64,000 bases of DNA from Macrostomum hystrix (lineage: Eukaryota > Animalia > Platyhelminthes): assembly GCA_950097015.1 (NCBI GenBank), contig CATNEN010000001.1, positions 1,798,001 to 1,862,000 of the forward strand, read 5' to 3'. Of this stretch, positions 13,328 through 26,100 are shown in pieces. The stretch's first letter is position 1. The number at the start of each line of letters is the position of its first letter. The notes beneath the pieces are model-generated. The model worked only from the letters and a program-made list of their open reading frames with translations. It made no database searches and was not told where the DNA came from. A program made the translations under genes and the position numbers.

Positions 13328-13606
13328 TTCTATTTATTCAAAAAACATTTTTACGGCGACATTGCCTAATATTGTAACTTGAATAAAAACACATTTGAAG
13401 AAACAAAAGCAGGATGAAAATCTGTTTAGTTTACTGACTAAACTTTATTTCAGGTTCATGAATTTTGTTTCGTTTATATGTGCATCACGACAGGATACAT
13501 ATACGGTTTTATTTACACAAAATTTGTCAACTGTATAACAGTCTTTGTTAAATTAGAATTTTAAGGTAGTGATATTATTATTTTGCAGGACAATCGTGCT
13601 ATACAA

Positions 13607-13990
13607 ATGCGTGGCAAAGGTAGCGCATCTAAAGAGCAGTAGTTATCTTTTAAGATTTTTTTATTAAAACTGGCATGTGTTACTGATGTCCAAGAAATTA
13701 GCTAGTCCAATCAACATTAGCAGCGAAAATAGGATCAACCCCATATCAAATTAATTTTGATTTACTGCAAATATACAGACAACTAAAAAACTTATTGATG
13801 CTCTCCCAGAATAGAAACAATTTAATCCCCTAAATTCTCAGCCGCTGTTGAAACTAGATTGTTTATTGAAAAAGTCTGAACTTAGTTAAAAAGCACCCTG
13901 ACGCTAAAGAAAACGTTATGAGTAGTATGTTGTGCGATTTTCTGCTAAAATATTTCCTATAAACAGTAGTAGAACGAGGTAGAAATTTTA
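13607..13990 (+). pseudogene. Possible decayed histone H4 remnant
   Basis: CGT GGC AAA GGT (RGKG, 13610), GTC CAA GAA ATT AGC TAG (cf. IQGITK, 13688) and later ACGCTAAAGAAAACGTT..TATGTTGTG (cf. HAKRKTV..DVV), in colinear order; no clear stem-loop. Confidence 0.4.
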
Positions 13991-14122
13991 AAAGACAGAA
14001 ACCTTTTGAAATTTTATTTTCACTGACACTAACAGTTACATGTTCTATTTACAAAGTCCGTGAACTCAAACTATAAAAAAATAAAACTAAGCTAATACGA
14101 AACGAAAGTTGCTGCTCTTAAT

Positions 14123-17100
14123 TCATGAAAAAGGAACCATTGACACGGAAATAAGAGAGTTGCTAATTACGAGCAAAATTGCTGATATGGCTAGCTTTGA
14201 GCTGCTGCTGCTGCTACTCAACTCAACCTGTGTAAGCTGTCGCTGCTGCTGCTGCTGCTGCTGTTTTCGCTGCTGATCTGGATACTCACGATCTAAAATT
14301 GAGTACAAGTAAAAATTATATTATACTATTTTATTGTAATCACTGCACATTCAGTCACATCTCAATTCTATCTTATCCCAACCCCATTACATTATCCCAA
14401 CTCAACCCCAATCCCAACTCAACCCCATCCCAACTCAACCCAATCCCATCTCAACCCAATCCCAACTCAAACCAATCCCAACTCAACCCAATCCCAACTC
14501 AACCCAATCCCAACTCAACCCAATCCCAACTCAACCCAATCCCAACTCAACCCAATCCCAACTCAACCCAATCCCAACTCAACCCAATCCCAACTCAACC
14601 CAATCCCAACTCAACCCAATCCCAACTCAACCCAATCCCAACTCAACCCAATCCCAACTCAACCCAATCCCAACTCAACCCAATCCCAACTCAACCCAAT
14701 CCCAACTCAACCCAATCCCAACTCAACCCAATCCCAACTCAACCCAATCCCAACTCAACCCAATCCCAACTCAACCCAATCCCAACTCAACCCAATCCCA
14801 ACTCAACCCAATCCCAACTCAACCCAATCCCAACTCAACCCAATCCCAACTCAACCCCATCCCAACTCAACCCAATCCCAACTCAACCCCATCCCAACTC
14901 AACCCAATCACAACTCAACCCAATCCCAACTCAACCCCATCCCATCTCAACCCAATCCCAACTCAACCCAATCCCATCTCAACCCAATCCCAACTCAACC
15001 CCATCCCAACTCAACCCAATCCCAACTCAACCCAATCCCAACTCAACCCAATCCCAACTCAACCCAATCCCAACTCAACCCAATCCCAACTCAACCCAAT
15101 CCCAACTCAACCCAATCCCAACTCAACCCAATCCCAACTCAACCCCATCCCAACTCAACCCGATCCCAACTCAACCCAAACCCAACTCAACCCAATCCCA
15201 ACTCAAACCCAATCTTAACTCAACCCCATCCCAACTCAACCCAATCCCAACTCAACCCCATCCCAACTCAACCCGATCCCAACTCAACCCAAACCCAACT
15301 CAACCCAATCCCAACTCAAACCCAATCTTAACTCAACCCCATCCCAACTCAACCCAATCCCAACTCAACCCCATCCCAACTCAACCCGATCCCAACTCAA
15401 CCCAATCTTAACTCAACCCAATCCCAACTCAAACCCAATCTTAACTCAACCCAATCCCAACTCAACCCCATCCGATGCCATCACAATCCCGTCCCTTCGC
15501 AACCCCTCACAGAAGTGAATGCCCTAAAAGTCGAATCCCACTTGACAGACACTTGCCTAGCACGGTGATTCGATGCCTCGCCGCCTCTAAACCGCCGTCG
15601 GTCGCTTCGCTCGGCCTCTTCAAGCAGAGCCACTCGCCAGCGTGGCTAGGCCCAACGGAATAGATCGTCAGCACGCTGACGGCCGTGTCGCCGTCTTTCC
15701 AGCTCATGCTGACATCCATGCTGCTGGCGTTGCTAACTTGCGCCAGCCCGCCGTGGTACCATTCAACGCTGGCTGTCGGGTTGCGCTTGGCTATCGAGCT
15801 GCGAAACACGGCAGTGCAGGTGAGGGACAAGAACTGCTCGCCAAGGAACACCAGGCGTCGGCCAAAGATGTGAACAGCTGGTGAGAGTGATTCGGAGAGT
15901 TCCGCTGATTGGCTATGAAACTGACGGTTGTCAATCATTTTTGCTTCTTTCTCAATCTGATTATTTTCTTTCCCCTCCCTCTCACTGTCATTCCCCTCCT
16001 TCTCCACCCTCTTTCCCCTCCTTCTCACCCTCTTCACCCTCCTCACCCTCTTTCTCCTCCTTCTCACCCTCTTTCCCCTCCTTCTCACCCTCTTTCCCCT
16101 CCTTCTCATCCTCTTTCCCCTCCTTCTCACCCTCTTTACCCTCCTTCTCGACGTCTTTCCCCTCCTTCTCACCCTCTTTCCCCTCCTTCTCACCCTCTTT
16201 CCCCTCCTTCTCACCCTCTTTCCCCTCCTTCTCATCCTCTTTCCCCTCCTTCTCACCCTCTTTACCCTCCTTCTCATCCTCTTTACCCTCCTTCTCATCC
16301 TCTTTACCCTCCTTCTCGGCGTCTTTCCCCTCCTTCTCATCCTCTTTCCCCTCCCTCTCACCGTCATTCCCCTTCTTATCACCCTCTTCACCCTCCTTCT
16401 CTACCCTCTTTTCCCTACTTCTTACCCTCTTTACCCTCCTTACCTTCCTCTCACATCCTCAATCCCTTCCCAATTGTGCCTTAGCATCAATCTCAATAGT
16501 TTTAGTGGCGCAGCCGCAGCTATTGTGCTGTGTACAGCTGTTCAGTCTGTGGACAGGGGAGGCACATCGAACTAAAAATGTCTAAAGCCCAATCTGATTC
16601 TAGTACGCATTTCACAGACGAGTAAACTAAAGCACTATTGAAATGAGGAGCTAATTGTCTTACTCCATGACTTTCTAGAAAAAAAGAAATCACAAAGCAA
16701 AACACTCACCTTTCTCGCCACGAGCTAATCCAAATCGATTTGGGTCGTCTGAAATGAAAACTTACCCTAACTTAGTTTAGCATTTTTATTTCAAATAGCG
16801 ATTTGAAAAGACACCATTTTTTAAGTACCATTTGGCAGCCGTTTTGAAATGTCAGTCGATTTTTCAATAGATTGATGCAGCAAATCTGGCTTCCTTGGTG
16901 ATTGCGGATTCTTCTTCTGGTCATTGCTTGATTCGGAATCTGGGAATATTGGCGACCGATGAGCGCGAATGGGCTTGTGTGAGGGAAAATATTTTCCAGC
17001 ATTTCTAGTTTCATATAAACTTTCACTTAGTTCCCGAAGTCTTTGATACCTGTTCGAACAACCGGTTTACCTGTTCACAAACTCCCATTTCACCTGTACA

Positions 17101-20100
17101 CACATATTTTTCACCTGTTCACTCACATCCATTTCACCTGTTCACACATCCATTTCACCTGTTCACACTTTCCTTTCACCTGTTCAAACATCAATTTCAC
17201 CTGTTCACACATCAATTTCACCTGTTCACACATGCATTTCACCTGTTCACACATATATTTCACCTGTTCACACACACCCATTTCACCTGTCCACACACAC
17301 CCATTTCACCTGTTCACACACATTCACTTCACCTGTTCACACAACCTGTCTGCCCTGTTCACAAACTCCCATTTCACCTGTACAAATATATTTCACCTGT
17401 TCACACACACCCATTTCACCTGTTCACACATATATTTCACCTGTTCACACTTTCCTTTCACCTGTTCACACACACCCATTTTACCTGTTCACAGACTTCC
17501 ATTTCACCTGTTTACACATCCATTTCAACTGTCCACACTTTCCTTTCACCTGTTCACACATCCATTTCACCTGTTCACACATTCATTTCACCTGTTCACA
17601 CATCCATTTCACCTGTTCACTCACACCAATTTCATCTGTTCACACATATATTTCACCTGTTCACACTTTCCTTTCACCTGTTCACACACACCCATTTCAC
17701 CTGTTCACACTTTCCTTTCACCTGTTCACACACACCCATTTTACCATGTTCACACACTTTCCTTTCACCTGTTCACGCTTTCCTTTCACCTGTTCACACT
17801 TTCCTTTCACCTGTTCACACATCTATTTCACCTGTTCACGCAACTATTTCAGCTGTTCACAAACTCCATTTCACCTGTTCACACACACCCATTTCACCTG
17901 TTCACACATCCATTTCACCTGTTCACACATCCATTTCACCTGTTCACACATTCATTTCACCTGTTCACACATCCATTTCACCTGTTCACACATCCATTTC
18001 ACCTGTTCACACAGGCCTTACCTTGCACCACAAGCATGAAAGCCTTCTCCAATAGCTGGCCATTGTCAGCCGTCACCTGACACAGGTATTCGCCCGAATC
18101 AAAGTCGTGCAGCCGCCTAATCACCAGGTTCCATTCGTCAGGACTGGAATAATCGATCATGATTCTACCATCGCCAGTGAACACAGACTTGCCAACCGTC
18201 AGCGGTAGATTGTCGCCATCGTTCTTCATCCAAGTCACCTAGGTGTGAGATGCTTTTCATTGCTCAACTGTGAGTCAAATCAGAACCTGAATAATTAAAT
18301 CTCACCCTTAATAGATATTATTATCACCATAATTGATCAAATCTCACTTTTATTAAAATTTTACCGCGACTAATCAAATTTCATCTTAAGTATCAAATCT
18401 CACTTCGATTGATCAAATCTCACTTTGATTGATCAAATCTCACTTTGATTGATCAAATCTCACTTTGATTGATCAAATCTCACTTTGATTGATCAAATCT
18501 CACTTTGATTGATCAAATCTCACTTTGATTGATAAAATCTCACTTTGATTGATCAAATCTCACTTCAAAATCTAATCTATAATGATATAGTTTCAATTCT
18601 ATTGATCATATCTCACTCTAGACAGGTAAAACCTCACCTCTAGTAATAAAATCTCACCCTTGATTGATATAGTCTTACGTCGAATGATCAACTCTCACTT
18701 ACATGGATTAAATAGATCAATTCCCTACAACGATTTCATAGCTAAGTGCAGTTAGTGATTAAAAAATTAAAGCTAATTGTTTTCTAATCGGCATTGATCC
18801 ATCCAAGTAGCATGAAAGAATATTTATAAATCAATTTAACTACCAGTTGTTTTCAACCATCGTGTCAAGAAGTCAAGAAGCGACTGTGTCCGACAGGTAA
18901 ATTTTGGATCGACAAGCGAGCAATTTTAGCGAATTCGATCTTTACCTGAGGTGCATTCAAGTAAAAAAGAGATCGCGAAGGCCATTTTCGACCCGAAAAT
19001 CTATGGCATAAACAGGATAGAACCAAATCCACAGTACCTCGCACAAGTTGACTTGACTTAATTCACTTTTAATGCAAGACTGGTCACGCTCCGCATTAGC
19101 CTGGAGTCAATGCCTTGAAAATAATCCCACTCATTCCATCCCTCTATCTCGCCTCTGCTGTCTCTCCTCCCCCTCTGTCAAAATATCCGCATCTTAAATT
19201 TAAAATATTGTCTCTGAGTGGCTTGCCAGTGCCCCAGAGAACAAAGGCCTCTCTCCCCTCTCTTCTCTCCCTCTCTTCTCTCATCTCTCTCTCCCTCTCA
19301 TCTCTCTCTCCCTCTCATCTCTCCCTCTCCCTCTCTTCTCTCCCTTTCCCTCTCATCTCTCTCTCCCTCTCATCTCTCTCTCCCTCTCATCTCTCTCTCC
19401 CTCTCATCTCTCTCTCCCTCTCATCTCTCCCTCTCCCTCTCTTCTCTCCCTTTCCCTCTCATCTCTCTCTCCCTCTCATCTCTCTCTCCCTCTCATCTCT
19501 CTCTCCCTCTCATCTCTCCCTCTCCCTCTCTTCTCTCCCTTTCCCTCTCATCTCTCTCTCCCTCTCATCTCTCTCTCCCTCTCATCTCTCCCTCTCCCTC
19601 TCATCTCTCCCTCTCATCTCTCCCTCTCTTCTCTCCCTTTCCCTCTCTTCTCCACTTCTCTTCTCTCCCTCTCTTCTCTCCCTCTCCCTTGTAATAGCTC
19701 AAGAGTCACGCTGTGTGAGGTGCGAAGAAAAAGGTGAGCCCTCCAAGTAGGGCGAGACAGTATTTATATATTTGCCTATAAATATCTCATCTCTCCCTCT
19801 CTTCTCTCCCTCTCCCTCTCATCCCTCCCTCTCTTCTCTCCCTCTCCCTCTCTTCTCTCCCTCTCCCTCTCATCCCTCCCTCTCTTCTCTCCCTCTCCCT
19901 CTCTTCTCTCCCTCTCTTCTCTCCTTCTCTTCCCTCCCTCTCTTCTCTCCCTCTCTTCTCTCCCTCTCTTCTCTCCCTCTCCCTCTCATCTCTCCCTCTC
20001 TTCTCTCCCTTTCCCTCTCTTCTCCACTTCTCTTCTCTCCCTCTCATCTCTCCCTCTCTTCTCTCCCTCTCCCTCTCATCTCTCCCTCTCTTCTCTCCCT

Positions 20101-23100
20101 CTCCCACTCTTCTCTCCCTCTCTTCTCTCCCTCTCTTCTCTCCCACTCTTCTCTCCCTCTCTTCTCTCCCTCTCTTCTCTCCCTCTCTTCTCTCCCTTTC
20201 CCTCTCTTCTCCACTTCTCTTCTCTCCCTCTCTTCTCTCCCTCTCTTCTCTCCTTCTCTTCCCTCCCTCTCATCTCTCTCTCCCTCTCATCTCTCTCTCC
20301 CTCTCATCTCTCCCTCTCCCTCTCATCTCTCCCTCTCATCTCTCCCTCTCTTCTCTCCCTTTCCCTCTCTTCTCCACTTCTCTTCTCTCCCTCTCTTCTC
20401 TCCCTCTCCCTTGTAATAGCTCAAGAGTCACGCTGTGTGAGGTGCGAAGAAAAAGGTGAGCCCTCCAAGTAGGGCGAGACAGTATTTATATATTTGCCTA
20501 TAAATATCTCATCTCTCCCTCTCTTCTCTCCCTCTCCCTCTCATCCCTCCCTCTCTTCTCTCCCTCTCCCTCTCTTCTCTCCCTCTCTTCTCTCCTTCTC
20601 TTCCCTCCCTCTCTTCTCTCCCTCTCTTCTCTCCCTCTCTTCTCTCCCTCTCCCTCTCATCTCTCCCTCTCTTCTCTCCCTTTCCCTCTCTTCTCCACTT
20701 CTCTTCTCTCCCTCTCATCTCTCCCTCTCTTCTCTCCCTCTCCCTCTCATCTCTCCCTCTCTTCTCTCCCTCTCCCACTCTTCTCTCCCTCTCTTCTCTC
20801 CCTCTCTTCTCTCCCACTCTTCTCTCCCTCTCTTCTCTCCCTCTCTTCTCTCCCTCTCTTCTCTCCCTTTCCCTCTCTTCTCCACTTCTCTTCTCTCCCT
20901 CTCTTCTCTCCCTCTCTTCTCTCCTTCTCTTCCCTCCCTCTCATCTCTCCCTCTCTTCTCTCCCTCTCCCTCTCTTCTCTCCCTCTCTTCTCTCCCTCTC
21001 TTCTCTCCTTCTCTTCCCTCCCTCTCTTCTCTCCCTCTATTCTCTCCCACTCATCTCTTCTACTCTTCCCCTCTCCCCCTTCCACGCCTGTCTCCCTCAT
21101 TTTACCTTTCCTTTCTCTTTACTTCTCTACGCAGTATTCTGTTCCAAATTTCTGTTCTGTTCCACACACACACACACAGACACACACACACTCCAAAATT
21201 TTCATGCTACAATGAATCGTTTTGTCCCAGGTTGGCAATCCTTGAACATGAGTGAACTGTCATTGTTCCTAATCCCAAAAGTATCTAGATTGTGATCCTT
21301 CATATCTTGTATCCTTAACCATCTACCGCAGTGTATCTCGACTATTTTCTAACTCAATAATGACTGTAATTGGAGATAAAGTACTGATTCCTAATTACTA
21401 AATGAGATCCTTTAATGCACTTTGAGTTTGACCCGTACCCAGGTCTGTTTTTTGCCAAAACCAGACACTAATTACTACAAAAAACACAACTGTACTCATA
21501 AAGTACTAAAATATAGACGTTAAAAATGCTGAATTCAACTAAGATTGCCATTTTCAGTTTTGTTAGTATGCAAAGTGTATGTCTGCTCATTAGTCTAACA
21601 AATTGGTAGCTTAATAGGTCAACGTCTTTGTGGGGGGACCAATTAGATAATCTCTTTTATCCCCTTACTGTGGGACCAATTAGATAATCTCTTTTATCCC
21701 CTTACTGTGGGATCAATTAGATAATCTCTTTTATCCCCTTACTGTGGGACCAATTAGATAATCTCTTTTATCCCCTTACTGTGGGATCAATTAGATAATC
21801 TCAGTTATCCCCTTACTGTGGGACCAATTAGATAATCTCTTTTATCCCCTTACTGTGGGATCAATTAGATAATCTCTTTTATCCCCTTACTGTGGGACCA
21901 ATTAGATAATCTCAGTTATCCCCTTACTGTGGGACCAATTAGATAATCTCAGTTATCCCCTTACTGTGGGATCGATTAGATAATCTCAGTTATCCCCTTA
22001 CTGTGGGACCAATTAGATAATCTCAGTTATCCCCTTACTGTGGGACCAATTAGATAATCTCAGTTATCCCCCTTACTGTGGGATCAATTAGATAATCTCT
22101 TTTATCCCCTTACTGTGGGATCAATTAGATAATCTCTTTTATCCCCTTACTGTGGGACCAATTAGATAATCTCAGTTATCCCCTTACTGTGGGACCAATT
22201 AGATAATCTCTTTTATCCCCTTACTGTGGGATCAATTAGATAATCTCAGTTATCCCCTTACTGTGGGACCAATTAGATAATCTCTTTTATCCCCTTACTG
22301 TGGGATTAATTAGATAATCTCTTTTATCCCCTTACTGTGGGACCAATTAGATAATCTCTTTTATCCCCTTACTGTGGGATCAATTAGATAATCTCAGTTA
22401 TCCCCTTACTGTGGGATCGATTAGATAATCTCAGTTATCCCCTTACTGTGGGATCAATTAGATAATTTCAGTTATCCCCTTACTGTGGGATCAATTAGAT
22501 AATCTCAGTTATCCCCTTACTGTGGGACCAATTAGATAATCTCAGTTATCCCCTTACTGTGGGATCGATTAGATAATCTCAGTTATCCCCCTTACTGTGG
22601 GACCAATTAGATAATCACTTTTATCCCCTTACTGTGGGACCAATTAGATAATCACTTTTACCCCCTTACTGTGGGATCAATTAGATAATCTCAGTTATCC
22701 CCTTAATGTGGGACCAATTAGATAATCTCAGTTATCCCCCTTTCTGTGGGATCAATTAGATAATCTCAGTTATCCCCTTACTGTGGGACCAATTAGATAA
22801 TCTCAGTTATCCCCTTTATGTGGGACCAATTAGATAATCTCAGTTATCCCCCTTACTGTGGGATCAATTAGATAATCTCAGTTATCCCCTTACTGTGGGA
22901 CCAATTAGATAATCTCTGTTTTCCCCTTACTGTGGGACCAATTAGATAATCTCTGTTTTCCCCTTACTGTGGGACCAATTAGATAATTTCAGTTATACCC
23001 TTACTGTGGGATCAATTAGATAATCTCTTTTATCCCCTTACTGTGGGATCAGTTAGATAATCTCTTTTATCCCCAACGAAAATTAAGTAACAAATACGTA

Positions 23101-26100
23101 GTTGTTTTAATATTTTGCCCACTAACGATTAATACAGTGCACAGAAAAGCAATTGTTCAGTTTGAAACAAAAATCAAAGCAAAGCTATTGTCTTCTTTCA
23201 CTGCCTTTGAAGTCACTGTGAGAAATATAATATTGTCAGCTGGTCTGCTCATCGCAAAGCACCTAAGAAGCATGCGAATCCGATAGCACGCCAAATATCC
23301 TAATCTTCGTGTGTCTCAAGCAGACGGTCTGGCACTTTCTCAGGAAATTAATTTTCTTGCAGCCTTGAGCTAAGAATTATACTAGATTTGATAGAGCTAG
23401 GGAAAATTTCTATAATTTATTATTTTCAATGCTTTCGCTTGACTAAAACGATACTGAACAATTTTGAACGTTGAAAAAAAACAAGCGAATTTAAGAAGAT
23501 TTTTAACGGAATTGTTTTTTAACGATTTTTAAGGAACGCTTTTGTTAGCGGAAAAGTACCACGTAAGTTTTCATTATGTAACGAATCGTTTTTAACGGAA
23601 TTTATTCTAACAGGCGCTAGCTAGGTCATGTAATTTTTCAATGAAATTAATTAACGGAACTTATTTTTAACGGAAATGATTTTTAACGATTTTTAAGGAA
23701 CGAATTCTTAGCGGAAAAGTACCACGTAAGTTTTCATTATGTAACGAAACGTTCGTAACGGAAGTTATTCTAACAGGCGCTAGCTAGGTTATGTGATTTT
23801 TCAACGAAATAAAATAACGGAAGTGGTCAAAATTATAACGGATTATTTAACTCGTTAGGAAAAAAGCTAAACAAAGCAATATAAACAGAAGTGATTTAAA
23901 AGAAACTTTTAGGAAGTGAAAAGAAAGTGCTTTTAACGGAAGTTTTTTAACGGAAAATAGACTGTAACGGAAGGTATCCAAGCAGAAACGGTTTTAACGA
24001 TAGATTTAACGAATTAGGTTATAACGGAAGTTATCTAAAAACAAGCCATTTAAACATGACTCTTTAACGGAATTGTTTGTAGAGGAATAAAAAATTATAT
24101 TTATTCTATTTATAGCTCTCATATTTAGAAAGCTATCCCTAGCATTGCTGCCACTGTGCACTATAATAAGGACACGGGGGTGGATGCAGAATCAATGGAA
24201 TTCAATTTTCGCCAAATCTAGTCTCGCCAGGCTATAGACAAGGCGGCATGCCTTTTTGCATGTCATTTTTATCAGCCTGAAAAGTTTTTTTTTCAGTGCG
24301 AAACGCAGCTTATCTGGATACATTTGGCACTTCCGCATGCTGGACTATTGTTAGTCGGCTCACGCCCTACTGGAATTACGAGCTGTGAGAGTGGAGAGGC
24401 AGGAGAGAGAGAAGATAAAGGGAAGAGGGAGAGAGAGAAGATAGGGGAGAGAGAGAGAGAGAAGATAGCGGAGAGGGGAGAGAAAGAAGATAGTGGGAGA
24501 GAGGGAGAGAGAGAAGATAGGGGAGAGGGGAGAGAGAGAAGATAGTGGGAGAGAGGGAGAGAGAGGAGAGAGGGAGACAGATGGAGGAAAGAGGGGAGAG
24601 AGGGAGAGCGAAGAGTGCACAGGGAAAGAAAGTCCAATGACTCAGTAAAATGGGACTGTGGTCATAAAGAAATTGAAGAGAGAAGAATGTGAAAGAGCTG
24701 GGTTACATAGGCTAAATAGACAATTGGAATGTTGAGATTCAGAAAACTAGGATAATTCAAGATTCTATTGGGATAAAAGTGCCCGCAAATGAGAAAATCT
24801 CAAAAGCCGGCAAGATACGGTAATGAATTCAGCTGTTATAGACTTGCAAAGTTTACACGATTACGTAGAGATGAAGAACTGTTTTTGGCACCGCTGATTC
24901 AATCAAGAAAATGCCTGCATGCTTGAGTCACAAGCAAGCTATCAAAGTCTTATCAATCAATCAATTTATGATTTCTATTCTAGAATTACCTGAAATCAGT
25001 CGCGAATTTCTGTGGAAAGCCACAAACCTACTAGCTACTCCCAAACCTACTCAAAATCCTTCTCGAAAAGTACGGAAAGTACTTCTCAAAGCATGCTTAA
25101 AAACCTACTTAACAAACTACTCAGCAACCTACTCACCACATGCCTGCCGAGATTGCGCACAACACAGCGGATGACTGCGGTGCCGAGTTCGGCGAACACC
25201 AGCTTGGATTTGACTCCCTGCTCGAAGCAGATGTCCTTGTTGGCCGGGTGACCGCACTGGTAATTTCTGGATTGGTCTGCGGGATTTATCGAAGCGGGAT
25301 TTGAAGATGAGAGTGTGAGATTTGAAGATGAGAGTGTGAGATTTGAAGATGAGTGTAATATTTGAAGTTGAGAGTGTAAGATTTGAAGATAAGGGTGTGA
25401 GATTTGAAGATGAGAGTGTGAGATTTGAAGATGAGAGTGTTAGATTTGAAGATGAGTGTGTGAGATTTGAAGATGAGAGTGTGAGATTTGAAGATGAGAG
25501 TGTGAGATTTGAAGACGAGGGTGTGAGATTTGAAGATGAGAGTGTGAGATTTGAAGATGAGAGTGTGAGATTTGAAGATGAGAGTGTGAGATTTGAAGAT
25601 GAGAGTGTGAGATTTGAAGATGAGAGTGTAAGATTTGAAGATGAGAATTTGGGATTTGAAGATGAGAGTGTGAGATTTGAAGATGAGAATTTGGGATTTG
25701 AAAATGAGAGTCGGATTTGAAGATGAAATAGTGGGATTATATGGGATATTTGAAGTTACACATTTAAGATTAACAGTGCAGAGTGTAGAATAGAATTTGA
25801 AGTCGGTCTGTCCAAACTACAAATAAAATCAATAATTTTAACTCCGACAAATTGCGTGCAGAAGTGGAAGAAAAAAAATCGACAGCAATTTTTGTGACTT
25901 CGTCAGATTTAAAAAAAAGTTTAACTGGCGAAACTTTACTTTTAGCCGAGTAGTTTGAGCACTCTCGGTTGAAGTTTTTACATGGCCTTTGCTGGGTTAA
26001 CTTTCTTTGAGTCTGGCCCTCCGAAAACATCATGTGCTCCTAGATGATAGGCTTCTCTCTCCACCTCTGTGGCGTTTTAAATACTTGCGAAAATTTACAG

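Noticed and set aside
14299-15411. 370-aa Pro/Asn/Gln repeat ORF, or a telomere-like tract
   Set aside because: A 16-bp minisatellite antisense within an intron; it is not TTAGGG.
15900-16391. Protamine-like Arg-rich N-terminus of ORF 15507-16391
   Set aside because: Derived from the 21-bp intronic repeat; the real exon begins at the CCAG acceptor (15877).
21630-23075. CRISPR-like 37-bp palindromic repeats
   Set aside because: Units are contiguous with no unique spacers, there are no cas genes, and the context is a eukaryotic intron. The same applies to the 34-, 35- and 43-bp arrays.
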